DNA of 64,000 nucleotides from the human T2T-CHM13v2.0 reference genome, Homo sapiens: assembly GCF_009914755.1 (NCBI RefSeq), contig NC_060947.1, one strand, 5' to 3'. The notes under the pieces were generated by a model. That model saw nothing but the letters and a program-made list of their open reading frames with translations, was not told the origin of the DNA and ran no database searches. Below, piece after piece: positions 1-16,720 of this stretch; within the stretch, counting starts at the first letter, position 1, and every line of letters begins with the position of its first letter. Both the position numbers and the translations under genes were made by a program.

Positions 1-191
1 AAGGGCTATTTTAACAAGTCTAGACTCATTTATCAGACATTCATGGCCATTCACTGTCTGGCCTCAGCCTACTTTTCCAAACTTAATTTTCCTCTGCATG
101 AGCCCTGAATTTTCCTATCTGCTTTTCTCACTCAGCTCATTCCCACTGCCTGCAATGCTTTTGACCTGTTACTTTGTAAAAGGATGTATGA

Positions 192-660
192 CTGCACATG
201 CATGTTTAATAGCAATGTAATTCACAATTGCAAAAATATGGAACCAACCTAAATGCCTATCAACCAATGAGTGGATAAAGAAAATGTGGTATATATACAA
301 CAGCCATAAAATGGAATAAAATGGCCTTTGCTGCAACTTGGATAGAGCTGGAGGCTACTTTTCTAAGTGAAGTAACTCAAGAATGGAAAAAGAAATATCG
401 TATGTTCTCACTTATAAGTGGGAGCTAAGTGTGAAGATGCAAAGGCATAAGAATGATATAATGGACTTTGAGGACTCGGATGGAGGGGTGGGAAGAGGTG
501 AGGGATAAACAACTACATATTGGATACAGTGTACACTGCTCAGGTGATTAGTGCACTAAAATCTCAGAAATCACCACTAAAAAATTTATCCATGTAACCA
601 AAGACCACCTGTGCCCCAAAAACTATTGAAATAAAATTTAAAATATTTTAAAAATTTAAA
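192..660 (+). mobile_element. 5'-truncated L1 3' end (L1PB-like)
   Basis: ORF2 end and 3'UTR (gaaccaacctaaatgcc...ctcacttataagtgggagctaa), A-rich tail, degenerate TSD aaaaggatgtatga/aaaagatgtgtga. Confidence 0.85.
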
Positions 661-667
661 AAGATGT

Positions 668-1470
668 GTGATTGACACATAATGGTTATACATATTTACG
701 GGTTACAACATGGTGTTTTGGTACATGTATATATATTATATAATGATCAACTAGGGCAATTGACATATGCATCACCTTAAACATCATTTCTTTGTGATGA
801 ACATTCAGTAACCTTTCTTCTAGCGATTTTGAAATATACAATGCATTGTCGATAACTCTAGTCATCTTACTATGCAATAGAACACCAGAATCTATTCTTC
901 CTAACTGTAACTTTGTAGCAATGACCAATCTCTTCCCATCCCCCGACTAACTCACTACCTTCCTCATCCTCTGGTAACCACTAATCTACTTTCTACTTCC
1001 ATAAGAACAACTTTTTAAATTCTACGTATTAGTGAGACCATGTGGAATCTTTCTGTCTCTGGATTATTTCACTTAACATAATCTTCTTCAGATTCATCCA
1101 TGTTGCTGCAAATGACATGATTTCACTCTTTTTATGGCTGAATAGCATTCCATTATGCCTGTATATCACATTTTCTTTGTCCATTCATCTGTTGATGGAC
1201 ATTTAGGTTGATTCTATATCATGGCTATTATGAAAATTGCTTCAATAAACATGGGAATATAGATACATCTTTGATATACTGATTTTTCTTTCTTTTTTTT
1301 TTTTTGGCGGAGGGATATACACCAGGCAGTGGGATTGCTGGATCATATGGTAGTTCAATTTTTAGTTTTTTAAGGCACCACCAAACTGTTTTTTCAAAAT
1401 GACTATACTAATTTACATTCCCATCAGTAGTGTGTAAGGATTGCCTTTTCTCCAAATCTCTCATGTTTTA
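668..1470 (-). mobile_element. L1MA-type 3' end
   Basis: Antisense L1 motifs (ttcatccatgttgctgcaaatgaca; gggattgctggatcatatggtagttc). Confidence 0.85.
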
Positions 1471-2111
1471 ATATTCAACTTATCTTTTCTAAGACTTAGC
1501 TCTCCTTTCACTGGTCCCCGAATCACTGATTTTCTGTTTCCTCATTTTCTTTTAATCATGTATTGCTTGTTAGTATCTTTTTTGAATGGTAGTCTTGTAT
1601 ATTTGTCTAACTATTTATGTGCCTTACTTTCCCCATATAGATTATAAACCCCTTGAGAGGAGAGATCATGTATCATTTATTTATTTGTTTTCTTGAGAAC
1701 CCAGTGTTATGTATGTAGTAGATGTTCATTAACTTATAATAAATGTTTTTCATTTCATTTCACTTTCTCAAAATCATTTTTGCCAAATGAACTTATGATG
1801 AATGAATGCAAGAATGTGAGTCATTAATTTAAATCAATATTAATTTAATTACCTACTGTATATGTAGCACTATATTGATTGCTTTGTGGGGATAGAAAAA
1901 ACAAACTTGAAAATTGCTTTAGGAGTAGCTCACAATCTAATTTAGGAGAGAAAAAAATACAAGTATGAGACACCCCCAGAACAATTATATAAATAAGTAA
2001 AATAAATACTCTAAAAATTTTAAATATCAGTGCTAAGGATATAAGAAAATGTAAAAGCATGACTTAACTATATATATATGTGGTACAAGCAGATTGCTTT
2101 GTCTGGCATAA

Positions 2112-2504
<393 letters not shown>

Positions 2505-2849
2505 TAATTTTAAAAATTTTTGGTAAAAGTAATAGTTGATTAAATAAAATAAAGTTCATCTATCCAAAGGAATACTAATCCGCTATCAATAGTGATAAGT
2601 ATTTATTGACTTAGAAAGATGATCATGATATAGTATTTAGTCATGCAAACAGGTTACAAAATATTATGTATATAAATTTGTTTTTTTAAATAAAGGGTAT
2701 AAATATGCATTAAAATATCTGGAAGTATAATCAACAAGGTATGTTTACATATAAGTAGTGTACTCCATGGTTATTTTTTATTTGTGTTTTTTTTTCAGCA
2801 GATATTTTTGGTTGAAAAAATGCATATGTAAATTTAAAGACACTACAAG

Positions 2850-3320
2850 TTTTCAAGGACTGTAGTGATATGAAGATAGAACGTGAGGTAGATTGCTTTA
2901 GCACCTATGCATAAGGATATCAAACGAGCAAGACTTATTTGATGAGACAATGGAAAGGGCACATTTAAGAGATGCTTTGGAGAAAATCAGTTTTACTAGG
3001 TTTCTAATTTAATGTGGGATTAAGATAAGGAGACTGAAAACAACACTGAAGTTGTGAGAAACATAGGAAAATATAGGTGCCACTAATAGGTATGGGAAAA
3101 TTGAGAAGGAAAGCAAGAGGTGGAGGAGTTAACTTTTGCCAGGAGTAGTATAAGAGGTAACCAACTATATGAGATGAAAACTGGAAAAAAAAAAAGACTT
3201 AGAAGTCAGGGCTGGAGATATAGACTTGGGTGTAAAGAGTGTTAGTATAGAAGTAGAAATTATGAAAATGGGTGCATACGGTGAGCCTAAAAAAGCTAAG
3301 TAAGGACTTAAGAAAATCCA
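2850..3320 (-). mobile_element. L2 fragment
   Basis: Purine-rich degenerate L2 antisense (gggctggagatatagacttggg). Confidence 0.6.
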
Positions 3321-3354
3321 CTAAATTGTTTTTATTTACTGCATCCCTGTGTGT

Positions 3355-5005
3355 TTTTTAAAAACCTTTATTGAAATATAATTACATACCATAAATTTCA
3401 CTCATTATATGTGTATAATTCAATAATTTTAGCAAATTTATAGAGAGTTATGGGACCATCACCATAATTGTTAGAATTTTCCTGTCTCCCCAGAAAGTTA
3501 TCTAGGGCCTGTTAGCAGTCAATCCTTGTTTTTACAACCAGGCTTAAGCAAACACTCTTCTGTTTTCTGTCTATATAAATTTGCCTTTTCTGTACATTTT
3601 ATCTAAATAGAATCATACAGTATATTCCTCATTGTGCCCAGCTTCTTTCACTTATGTTTTTGAGGTCCGTCCATGTTATAGCATGGATCAATAATTTTTC
3701 TTTTTAATTGATGAATACTATTCCATTGTATGACTGTATCACATTTTATTCATCCATTTACTAGGTGGTGGATATTTGGACTGTTTCCAGTTATTTTTGT
3801 TATTATGTGTAATGCTATTATACATGTTTACATACATGTATTTGTGTAGACAAATGTTTTTGTTTCTCATGGATATATTTCTAGGAGTAGAATTGCTGTG
3901 TTGTATGGTATATTTGTGATTAATTTGTTAAGAAACTACCAAAATATTTTCCAATGTGGCTGTACTATATGACATTACCATCTGCAAATGCACTGTGGGC
4001 CACTTTCTGTGCGTCCTCATCAACACTTGGTATAATTTGCCTTTTTTATTATGGCCATTCTAGTGTATGTGTAGTAGTTTCTTGTTGGACTTCTGATTTG
4101 CATTTCCCTAATGTGTTTTCTTTGAAGAAATATTTATTCAAGTTATTTGCCAATTTTTAATTTTTTGGTCTTAAAAATTATTGACTTGTAAGAGTTTTTC
4201 AAATATTCTGGATATGATCAGATATATGATTTGCAATATTTTCTCTTATGTTCTTTTAATGATGACTTTTGAGTAACACAAGTTGATGAAGTCCAATTTA
4301 TAATTTTTCTCTTCTTTGAAACATGCTTTCAATATTTTACCTAAGAACTCTTTGCCCAACCCCAACTCATCAAAATATTCTCCTATATTCTCTTCTAGAA
4401 TTTTATAATTTTAGCTCTTACCTTTAGATCTTACATTTAGGTCTGTGATCTATTTTGAGTTAACTTTTTATATATGGTGTGAAGTGTCTAATTTCTTTCT
4501 TTTCAAAAAAGATGGATACACAAATGTCCATTTGTTGAAAAGACTATCGTTTTCACCACTGAAATGTCTTTGTCCTTTTGTAAAAAATCAATTGACCATA
4601 AATGTATGCATTTGTTTTTAAACTGTCAATTCTGCTCCACTTATTTATATTATATGTCAACACCACATTGTCTTAACTGTGGCTTTATAGTAAGTTTTGA
4701 AATCAGAAAGTATGAGTCATCCAATTTTACTCTACGTTTTCAAGATTGTTTCAGCTATTCTGGATCCCTTGTACTCTTATACGAATCTTCCAATCAATGT
4801 GTCAGTTTTAGATCAACTTGTCAATTTCTGTGAAGAAGCCAGCTGGTATTTTTATAGGGGTTAGATTTAATCTATTATTCAAACTAGGGAGAATTGCCAT
4901 GTTGACAGTGTTGATCCTTCCAACCCAAGAGTATGAAATGTCTCTTCATTTAGTTAGATATTCTTTAATTTCTTTCAGTAATGTTTTGTTTTTCGGTGTA
5001 TGAGT
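3355..5005 (-). mobile_element. L1MB-type 3' portion
   Basis: tttattgaaatataattacataccataaatttcac start, continuous antisense L1 3'UTR and ORF2 sequence. Confidence 0.85.
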
Positions 5006-5199
5006 CCTGATAGAACCTCTGAGCTAAATGAGCTAAGGGTGGGGAGTTATGGGAGCAGCTGTAGGCCACAGTTACCTACTATTCTTATCCAAAAGGCAGA
5101 GATTTTTCAAGCATAAATGCTTCTTAGATGGAGGTATGTTTTTGGTTAATTTCCAGAGTACCAAAATGGTTGCTTTTGTTAATTTTGTCCAGGCTTATA

Positions 5200-5434
5200 C
5201 AGGTTGAATATTCCTTATCCAAAAGACTTGGGACCAGAAATGTTTCAGATTTTGGATTTTTTTGGATTTTGAAGTATTTGCATTATACTTACCGATTCTA
5301 TAGCCCTAATCAAAAATTCAAAATCCAAAATGCTCCAATGAATATTTCCTGGGAATGTCGTGTTGCCACTCAGAATCTTTTGGATTTTGAAGCACTTTGG
5401 ATTTCTGATGTTCACATTAGGTATACTCAACCTG
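5200..5434. mobile_element. Tigger4/Zombi-type non-autonomous TcMar DNA transposon
   Basis: TIRs caggttgaatattcct...aggtatactcaacctg flanked by TA on both sides; 235 bp. Confidence 0.85.
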
Positions 5435-5849
5435 TAATTCTTCTGTGGGAAAGGATTTCCTGATCTTCTCATCTGGTCATAACTGGAAGTTCTGTCATCT
5501 GTGTATTTTTATGAGAATTTATGTTCCAAGTGCTTCTAGCTCCAAATGCTCAGTAACATAGTATGTATTGAGATGCCAATTCAGTCAAAAAACATGTTAA
5601 ACTAACACTTGTCTTATAAAGACAAAACATTTAGGTTACTGAATAGTTTCCTTTTTTTGCATTGAATAGACTATGTTTAGCATGGTGATGAAACAGTTAC
5701 TGAGATTGGCTTTGTAATTTAAATAAACAAACAGATATATTCCAGCACTTCTTATATATTCAATACCACAGGAAATAATGGGTGAATAAATCATCATTGC
5801 TTCCCTAAGGATCCTGTAGACTAGGTAGTAGTTATGTGCTGCTATTGAA

Positions 5850-6400
5850 CCATTATGGCACTGTCATATTTTTAATTATGTAGTTACTTGTGATTTATTT
5901 AATATGAACATCCATAAAATCTATGAGGTTAGGAACCATGATTGTATTGTTTACTTCCATGTTGTCAGCATTTCCTAGCACAGTGTTTGGAACATAATAG
6001 ACACTCCATAAATATTGTTTGAATGAATGAGTGAACAACATGTCATGGAAATATAGGGCAGAAGGAAATTAATTCCTACTAAGAGGATCAGAAAAGTCAG
6101 GGATTAAAGGAAAGGTTTCCAGCCAAAGGAAAGAATATGATTGTTTAAACTCAAAGAGTTAGAAAAGACCCAGAAATATTTGAGGAACTGTAAGGTATTT
6201 TCTAGGGCTGTAGCATAGGAGTTATAGTGATGAGTCAAAAAGAAAAGAGAATAAGAGGAAGAAAGTTAAGGGGAGATGAGTTTGGAGAAGCAAGTGGAAG
6301 CCAGGGTCTTTCTGACAAACTAATGACATTTTAAAAAGTCAGGGTTTTATTTTAAAGTAGGTAACTAGAGTTGGCAGTATGGAAGATGGACTGGACAGAG
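5850..6400. mobile_element. L2 fragments (sense 3' end, then antisense piece)
   Basis: cctagcacagtg...aaatattgtttgaatgaatgagtga L2 tail followed by purine-rich L2-like sequence. Confidence 0.65.
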
Positions 6401-8395
6401 AAAAGAATAAATAATATGTATGCAAGCTGGGCAAACCCAGTGTACAATATTTGTATAGCCATCTGTATTATGTATAGGAGCCTCCTAAAAGCTTGAGAGA
6501 GAGAGAGAGAGTGTAATGTCACTGAGATATATATTCTTTAATTTCAAAATTTGCTTTGGAATTTTTGTTAAATAGAGCCACATGGTCCTCCCTTTATATC
6601 CTTGTGACAGCATGATAATTCTTAATATTAACAATTCTAACAATATGAAATTACATCAGTATGACACATTTGCCTTTTTGAAGTGTGCCCCTATTAGTAC
6701 TATATTTGATTTTCACAAAAACCCACAAGGTAGAGACAGCATTTTTCATTTTACCAATGTGAAGACTATCCTAATAAAGACTAAAAGATCAGCCTATGGT
6801 TTCATAACCATTACAAGTTGAGATGCAACATTAGAACCCTTTTTGAAGTCCAAACCCCTTCTAAAGGTAGCATTCATCCATGCATTTTAGTACTAATTTT
6901 ATTGCTTTTGCTTTTTGTAACTAATGTTTCTTATAGAAGTTTTATAAGAAAGTTTTAACTTTGAAGTAACAACAAGGTTAGCATTTGCTTCTTTCAAATT
7001 GCTCTTTTGAAGTATTTCCACAGCGTAAAAGGTTGAATAAAGAATTACCTAGATAATAGATTATGAATATAATATTTGTTAAAATTAAAATGTTATTATC
7101 TAGTACAATAAAACACCTGTATTTTAGACCTTTTACAAAACCCAAGGTATATTTTTTTTAAAGGGAAAGAACAAGTGAGCACAGAGAAAAAATAACATTT
7201 GGTTGGCAGCACAGGGATCATCTTGTATGTTTAGAAAGTGAGAGTAAGATCAAGAGAAGCAGAGGTAGAAATGCAAAATGCAGATGAAAAATGTCAATAT
7301 TACTGAGCATCTTTTGAGAAAGATGATATTACATGCTTGTTTATAATATTTTCATATGGAATATCTTTTTTTTTGCAGTAAACCACTTTGAAAATATTCT
7401 CCAGTTAATATAACACAATGAAAAACTTCTGCCATGGGATTTTTACAATTAATAGACTTTATACTAAACATTCTTGAGATCTCTTTAAAAGTTGATTGCT
7501 TGTACTTTTAAAATTCGATGTATCGTGTGAAATCAATACAAAGGGGTCAGAAATTCAAGGTGAAATTAGGAAAAATTTAAATCCCCAGTAAGATAAAACA
7601 CCTGCAAAATTAACCCAAGAGATGACTGGTGAGTAGATAATTCAATTTGGAAACACCCAGAGTTTTGGTTGAGTCTGAAGGAGACACAAATAGACCGTGA
7701 TTATAAATTGAAAAAGTAAAATCTAATCATTTAACAGGAGAATGAATTATCAGAAGGAAAACAGCTCTATTAGGGAAAATCAGAGAGCTAGTTGCAGGTT
7801 TCCAGCACTGTCTGGGAAAGAGGGTGTCCTGATTAGTAGATTGGAATATTCTAGTCCCTATCTCAATGATGGAGATGGGTAAGTACATCAAATTAAACCT
7901 TGAGGCAGTGATCATTAAAAAAATCTACTGACTCTCTTTTTAGTGATTCCAGGCTCACCAAGGAAAACTCTGATTATGATTTTAATGTATGATATACATA
8001 CAAAAGTATGTATATCCTTTAATAGAGATGTAATATGCTGGTTATCAAACTAAACATTCCTGTGTTTATAATATTTCCCAGTATAAGCTATTGCATGGGC
8101 ATTCTAATTTATACTTAAATATCTTATGACTTTAGACAGGGAGAATTAGCCTCACTACTCTTGGTGCTACTGGGACACTGCAGAATAATAGTGTCTAATT
8201 GGAAGGAAATAAATATGTCTATATAGAAGGGCATGTTGGTGACAACATCCATCTGTTTGCAGTTGGTAAAAGAACTAGGTGATGATAGAGAATATGCATA
8301 TTTTTCCTATTCTCTGTATTGTTTTTATGTGAAATTTTTCCTATGGCAATGGTTTTCAGACTTTAGTTTCTATCATAATAACCTGAAGACATTTT

Positions 8396-8696
<301 letters not shown>

Positions 8697-8744
8697 CCTG
8701 AAGACATTTTTTAAATTCCTAGGTCTTATTCCCAGAAATTCTGA

Positions 8745-9088
<344 letters not shown>

Positions 9089-9239
9089 AGGAATCTGCAT
9101 TTTTAAACTTCACTCTGTATAATTCTCATCCTGAGGGTTAATGAACTATGAGCAGCACTTTTATACAGAGGAAAACTTTCTTAAAAGGATAGTTCACTGC
9201 TGGGCAAAATTTCATGGGTTTCTGTTAGGTTTCTGTTAA

Positions 9240-9483
9240 CTGACTGAATTGGTAACAGTCTAACCAGTTCTAAGCCTGTGATTGGTCAGAACTGTGTATT
9301 CAAACTACAACGAGCGTTGAGGAGTTACCAGGCAGCTCGATAAAAATAACTGATTTGGGTTGGGGCTAGGGCAAGACAAAATGGCTGCCATCTTCACCCG
9401 CCGTATGCTTGGAGGTGAAGAACAGAAAATAAAATCCTCTGAGGGGGCCCTCTCTGTTCAATAGCAGAAGCAAACAGGTAAGT
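9240..9483 (+). promoter_or_regulatory. Promoter-like cassette / candidate alternative first exon
   Basis: ATTGG at 9248 and 9281; RFX-like GTTACCAGGCAGC 9324-9336; back-to-back YY1-like CAAAATGGCTGCCATCTT 9377-9394; donor CAG|GTAAGT 9477|9478. Confidence 0.4.
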
Positions 9484-9783
9484 GTCGATGCCAAGGAGTA
9501 GCTTGGGAGACAGAATCCCATTAAAATCGCCATCATCTTCTCATAGCCACCTCAAAACAATTTAAGTAAAAACAACGTGTCTCTTATGGAAGTGCAAGTT
9601 TCCTTTCCAGTGTTCTTTCTCTCAGACCCAGATTACTGCCTCTAAAACTTCTCTGATACAAAAGCTTGGAGCTTCTTCAAGAAATGAGCAATTATTTAAT
9701 TGAGTATATGCAGTTAGAATAGGATTCGGGACATAGGGGGAGGGGAAACTAAGAGCTGGAAATTGCTTAAGAGTAGTATAGGC

Positions 9784-10138
<355 letters not shown>

Positions 10139-10164
10139 TCAGACTTCAAAGTCTATATACCCCT

Positions 10165-10425
10165 TCCCTTGATTTTTCTAATTTTAATGTGTATAAGAAT
10201 CAACCGGAGACCATGTTGAAAATGTAAACTCATGACAAGTTCCCCCAAAATTATGATTTAGTAGGCATTCTGCAAAATCAAAAATCTGTATTTTTAATAA
10301 ATATAGGCAAGTTATATATATATATATATATATATAATATATCATAGGCAGGTTAATATATTAAAAATAAAAATATGTTTTTAATAAAAATAAGACAGGT
10401 GGTCAGTGGGTATTATTTGAGAAAC
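10165..10425. mobile_element. MER5-like element with internal (TA)n
   Basis: taagaatcaaccggagaccatgttgaaaatg...tttgagaaacact. Confidence 0.5.
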
Positions 10426-10432
10426 ACTTTTT

Positions 10433-10923
10433 CAGAGCGAAGTTTCTCCAACTTTTTAATCTCAGGATTCCTTTGCACTGTTACAAATTACCAAGAACCT
10501 TAAAAAGCATTTATTTATGTGGTAAATAATATCTGATATATAGTAGCTATTGATATTTGTGGTATTAAAAGTAAAACTGAGAAATGTTTACAATATTTAA
10601 CCCGTTTGAAAATACCAAGAATAAATCCATTACCTGTTAACCAGGTAACACTTTATAAAATATAACTGTATTTTCCAAATTAAAAACATTTAGTGAAAAC
10701 AAGATATACTACTGCATATTTTTTAAAATCTCCTTAATGCCTAGCTTAATAATTTTCTTATCTGTTTCTACATTCAGTCTGTTGTGATATGATATTTTAG
10801 TTGAAGTATATGAAGAAAATCAGACCTTACACAAATACATAGTTAGGAAAAGGAGAACCTTGGAGACTCCCTGAAAGGATCTTGAAGATGCCCATGGTCA
10901 TGGGACCATACTTTGAGTTCCTG
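10433..10923. mobile_element. Charlie1-family hAT DNA transposon
   Basis: tttctccaactttttaatctcaggattcctttgcact...ggaccatactttgag resembles Charlie1-type ends. Confidence 0.65.
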
Positions 10924-11539
10924 TTTTTTAGGAATAGCTGTTTTTACTGTCAGAGTTCTATATTCATCAGTTTTTGTTGGCAATCAAAGTTCAGGGACAC
11001 TGAGGAACATTAAAAATGAATTTATTTCTTAGATTACTTAGGGTGGGGAAAATTATTTTATAAATATTACCCCAGTCGCTCTTTCATTAATTTACTTTAT
11101 TAGGTTTAAAGCACTATTGAAATATAAAATAGAAGTGTAGGTGATGGGGAAGAATTTTGTTTAAAGAAATTGGGTTTTAGAACAATGATTAGATTGAGGA
11201 TAGAGTGGTTTCAATAGGCAGTGAGGAAGGAATACGTTAGGTAAACAATTATAGGTAGAAAAAGTGGGAGAGCAGGGAGCAATCTATAGTTATTTATAGT
11301 AGATAGTTGTTTACAATTGAATAAATAACAATAATGTTAAGAAAGTGCTAATCGTAACTTTCTAAAAGGGGTGATTAATTTGCCTGATAAAACAGTATTT
11401 TCTTGTGGTCACATACCTCCTCAAATTTTCTTACATTTTTTGTTACTCTAAGTTTTAGTTCTGTAACCTAAAACTTACTGCCATGTTAGTGCAATAACTT
11501 TGACAAACATTATCTTATTTCTCATTTATCTGTGGTAAA

Positions 11540-12380
11540 AGTGGAGAACCTGAAAAGGAACCTGGAAAGAAGCAGCTGGAAAAGGTGAGAGGAAAACCTA
11601 GAGTGTGTGTTATCCTGCAAGCCAATTGAGGTAAGTGTTTCAAGGAAGAGGGAGTGATCCACTCTGTCAAATTATGCTGATCCATGAGGTTAAAATGAAG
11701 AATAATCATTGATCATGAGATTTAGTGACATGGAGGTCATTCATAACCTAGAGAGGAAAAGTTCCCATGGAGTGTTTGAAGTGAAAGTTCCATTGTTATG
11801 AGTTCAAGAGAGACTGAGAGGAAAGGAGTTGAAAACTTTGTATAAGTAGCTATTTCCAGTTTTGCTGAAACAGTAAGCAGAGAAATGGAGCAATAGATTT
11901 TAGAGGAAATGAGGTTAATACAGGTGGTTTCTTTTGGTTTGTAAATGAGATAAATAATAGCATGTATATTTGCTTATTTTTTTGAGAGCTTCAGTGGTGA
12001 ACTCTGAAGACATGAATCCTTTCCTTATAGAATCCACGATCTAGTGGGGGAAAATGGTATTAAACAAATGATTACACAAATAATTAGAGTATGATTACCA
12101 CACCTAACTTTTTCAAGGACATCAAGAAAGGCTTCCCTATGTAAATGATACTAAGGTTGCACTTAGGGAGGGAATACTACTTGAAAAGGTCTTGGGCAGA
12201 GGGAATATGGCATATCAGGGATACTGAAAGAAAGAAGCTACTGAGCTTGAAGTACAGACAGAGGGGAGAATGAATTTGGCAGAAGATAAAGAGGAAGAGT
12301 TAATCAGTGGCTAAATTATTTAGGTTGGAGTTCATAGATTTAGTTAAGGTCTTTGGTTATTATGCCATGTACCTTAGGGA
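11540..12380 (-). mobile_element. L2 fragments
   Basis: gaggaaaacctagagtgtg...tgtttcaaggaagagggagtgatc...gatttagtgacatggaggtcatt matches antisense L2. Confidence 0.75.
11542..11630 (+). other. FAM133A: Probable 89-nt non-coding 5'UTR exon of FAM133A, inside an antisense L2
   Basis: Consensus donor GAG|GTAAGT at 11630|11631. Candidate acceptor aaAG at 11540-11541 after a T-rich tract. Consistent with the known multi-exon 5'UTR of this gene. Confidence 0.65.
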
Positions 12381-12714
12381 TTCTTGACTTCGTGTGTTTG
12401 GCATAACAAAAGTAGACTAGCCAAAACTGAAAGGTAAAAGATGGGACAGATAGAAAGCAGAAAGGAAAGGTGAATTGCATTACCACTATTCATACTGCCA
12501 CACACATGACATTAGGCCAAGTCTATCTGCAGCTTCATCATCAATTATTTTTTCTCATAAATACTAAATTTATTCAGTATTCACAGCATTGAGATATTTC
12601 TGTCTAACTGATCAAATCATATAGTAAGCAGGTCCAATTTGTTTGTTAATATGTTCAGTAACAACAGATTGTCATTCCCTACCTAATATCCTCCAGCGGC
12701 TTTCTTTTAATCTC

Positions 12715-13440
12715 TTAAAAATAATATATTTTCCAACTTTTTCTTATGAAATTTTTAAGCACTTGGAAAACCTGAAGACTAACACCTATATACCCGCAAT
12801 CTAGAGCCAAGAACTTTTATCATTTCGTTCTATTTTCTTTCTCTGTTTTGCTGCATAATTTGAAAGTAAGTTACAGACCTCATGACGCTTCATATGCACA
12901 TACTGCAGCATATATTGCCTAAAAATAAGGGCATTCTCTGTAATCTCAGTATTACCATATTTAAGCTACTTAAAGTATTTTCCTATCATCTAATGCCTAA
13001 TCAGTATTAGATATCTTAGAGCCTCCCCCCAGTTTTTAGCAGTTTTATTGGAGTTTTTATACCATGAGAATTATTTATTTTAGGTGTACAGTTTGATGAT
13101 TTACTGCAAATTTACAAAAGTTGTACAGCCATCATCTTAATCTAATTTGAGAACATTTCTAGAAAGAAGCCTCTGATACATGTTTTTTTTTTAATTGAAC
13201 TAGGATTAAATCAAGGTTATGTCTCTTTAAAGTTTTTTCCTAAAATAATTTTTCTTTTAGTCCATGAAATTGATTTTTAGAGGAAATCAGCTGTTTTATG
13301 TAATCTTCCACATTCTAGATTTATCTGCCTGTTTTTTCATTATGTCATTTAACTTTTTCCTCTATCCATCCCCCAACCGCCACTCCCAATATTTTCTATT
13401 AAAGTCCTGGTTAGACTCATTCTGATATATTTGGAATAAA
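12715..13440 (-). mobile_element. Old L1M fragments
   Basis: gaaagtaagttacagacctcatgac; gtacagtttgatgattt...gtacagccatcatc. Confidence 0.55.
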
Positions 13441-15264
13441 AACCAAATTTGCTAATTATTTTTCTTCTCTAAAATGTAAGCCCCATAAAGCCTTCTCTAA
13501 TACCAGTGTGTGGTTCACAGTAGGATCTCAATAAAATTTGTTGAGTGAATGAATGAATCACCTACATTCAGGTTATATATTTTTGCCATCCAGTTTCAAT
13601 CTCAGCTTAAGACATTTTTCCATTTTAAATTTTCTCCCTCTGACGATGAATACTGAGTGATCCCTCCACATGTTTTTTCAAATCATGCCAGTTATGGAAA
13701 TATAGTCCTTTTTGATTCCAGTATGATAATTATAATATAAATTTGCACAGTTTTTGATGCTTCTGACCATTACGTGCTATTATTTTCAGTAGTCATCTAT
13801 AATTTAGTTACGTTAACAAATATACTCTGGCCTTTGGATTTTAAGGAAATGTACATATACATAGACATTTCTAATGTGAGAAAATCTAAAACTCATATAA
13901 GTGTATCCAGCTTCAATAAATAACGTAGTACTTTTGGCTGTTTCTCAGCCAGTATATTTACATCAAATTCTCTGTTCTCTTTTCAGAAATACATTAAAAA
14001 AATTTATGTGGGGGTGGCAGTTTGCAGAAGGCACTGATACATGTAAAACCAAGTAATGCTATTTAAAGCCATGCACAAATAGATATGTTTTGAATTATGT
14101 TCACTGGGAAAAATAGTAAAGAACTCCCCTGGTATTTTTCTTCCTATGCTTAAGGCCTTATCTTTGATAAGTTGTTAGACGAGATGACATGTGTATCTTG
14201 GCACAACTAGATGCTAGGGAAATGTTGACATATTTTAGATTGCAAATCGGTTTGTATGCACAGTGCATTGCCTCAAAGTGCATATTATGGTCCTCTACTA
14301 TAAAATATATTGCTTTAGTTTAAAGCTAAAATGTAGATGAAATTATAAGAAATAAATGGGAAGTCCAGTTTGATCTCAATCTGAAAGTTTGAAATAATTT
14401 TTCATTTGCATACTGGTCAAATCCAAATAAAATTGATTTTAGGTGTTCAGTGCTGAACAACACTGGCTTAATAAGATTTGTAATTTGAGGAACCTTGTCA
14501 AGGATTTCTACAAAACTTACAAGACATTTGTTAAATAGGAACTAGGACAATGGGCAGAGAACATAGGGCAAACCTTATTTGTTTGGGGTGTATTTTTATA
14601 TAAGTAGTCATATCACATAGATGGAAATAAACTAGTATTTAATTAGATTTGTTTCATGTAAGGTGACCCGTGAAAATAGAGGGGCTGGAATTTTCAGGGC
14701 TCTAGGACATTTTGGTTACTTCATATGTAGTCATGTCCCACTACATCTGAACATAGGGCTCTAGAGCAAAATCTGTTGTCAAGAAAGAATCAAGAAAGTT
14801 ACTAGTGAGTATCCAAAACATATCAAATGCATTTTCAAAACAAGTACCTTCTTGGAAAATGCGTATTTGAAGTTGGTATTTATGTATATAATGGTTTTCT
14901 ACAGAGGATTTCCTAAAGCATTGACACTGGAACTATAGAAACTATTGTTATTTAGTTCATGGCTTCTTGGCTAGGGTAAAGTGCTAAAGGGTCAAAGCTT
15001 GCAAATTTAGTTTCTCTGAGGGCCTTTACGCTTTTTATTAGACTATACTCTTAGACTTTCAAAGAATTTCAGAAGTATATGCAGGACAGATCCATTCCTA
15101 CTACTTGAGAAATAAATGGACTTTGTCGATGATGACTCAGTCATATCACCTAGATGTCCATTATAGTAAACACAGTATTCTATATATCATCTTTAAATAA
15201 TTCCTGTCGCGTGCAAAGTGCTTAATTTAAACTTAATATGTGATCGAATGAATTAAAAACATTT

Positions 15265-16720
<1,456 letters not shown>

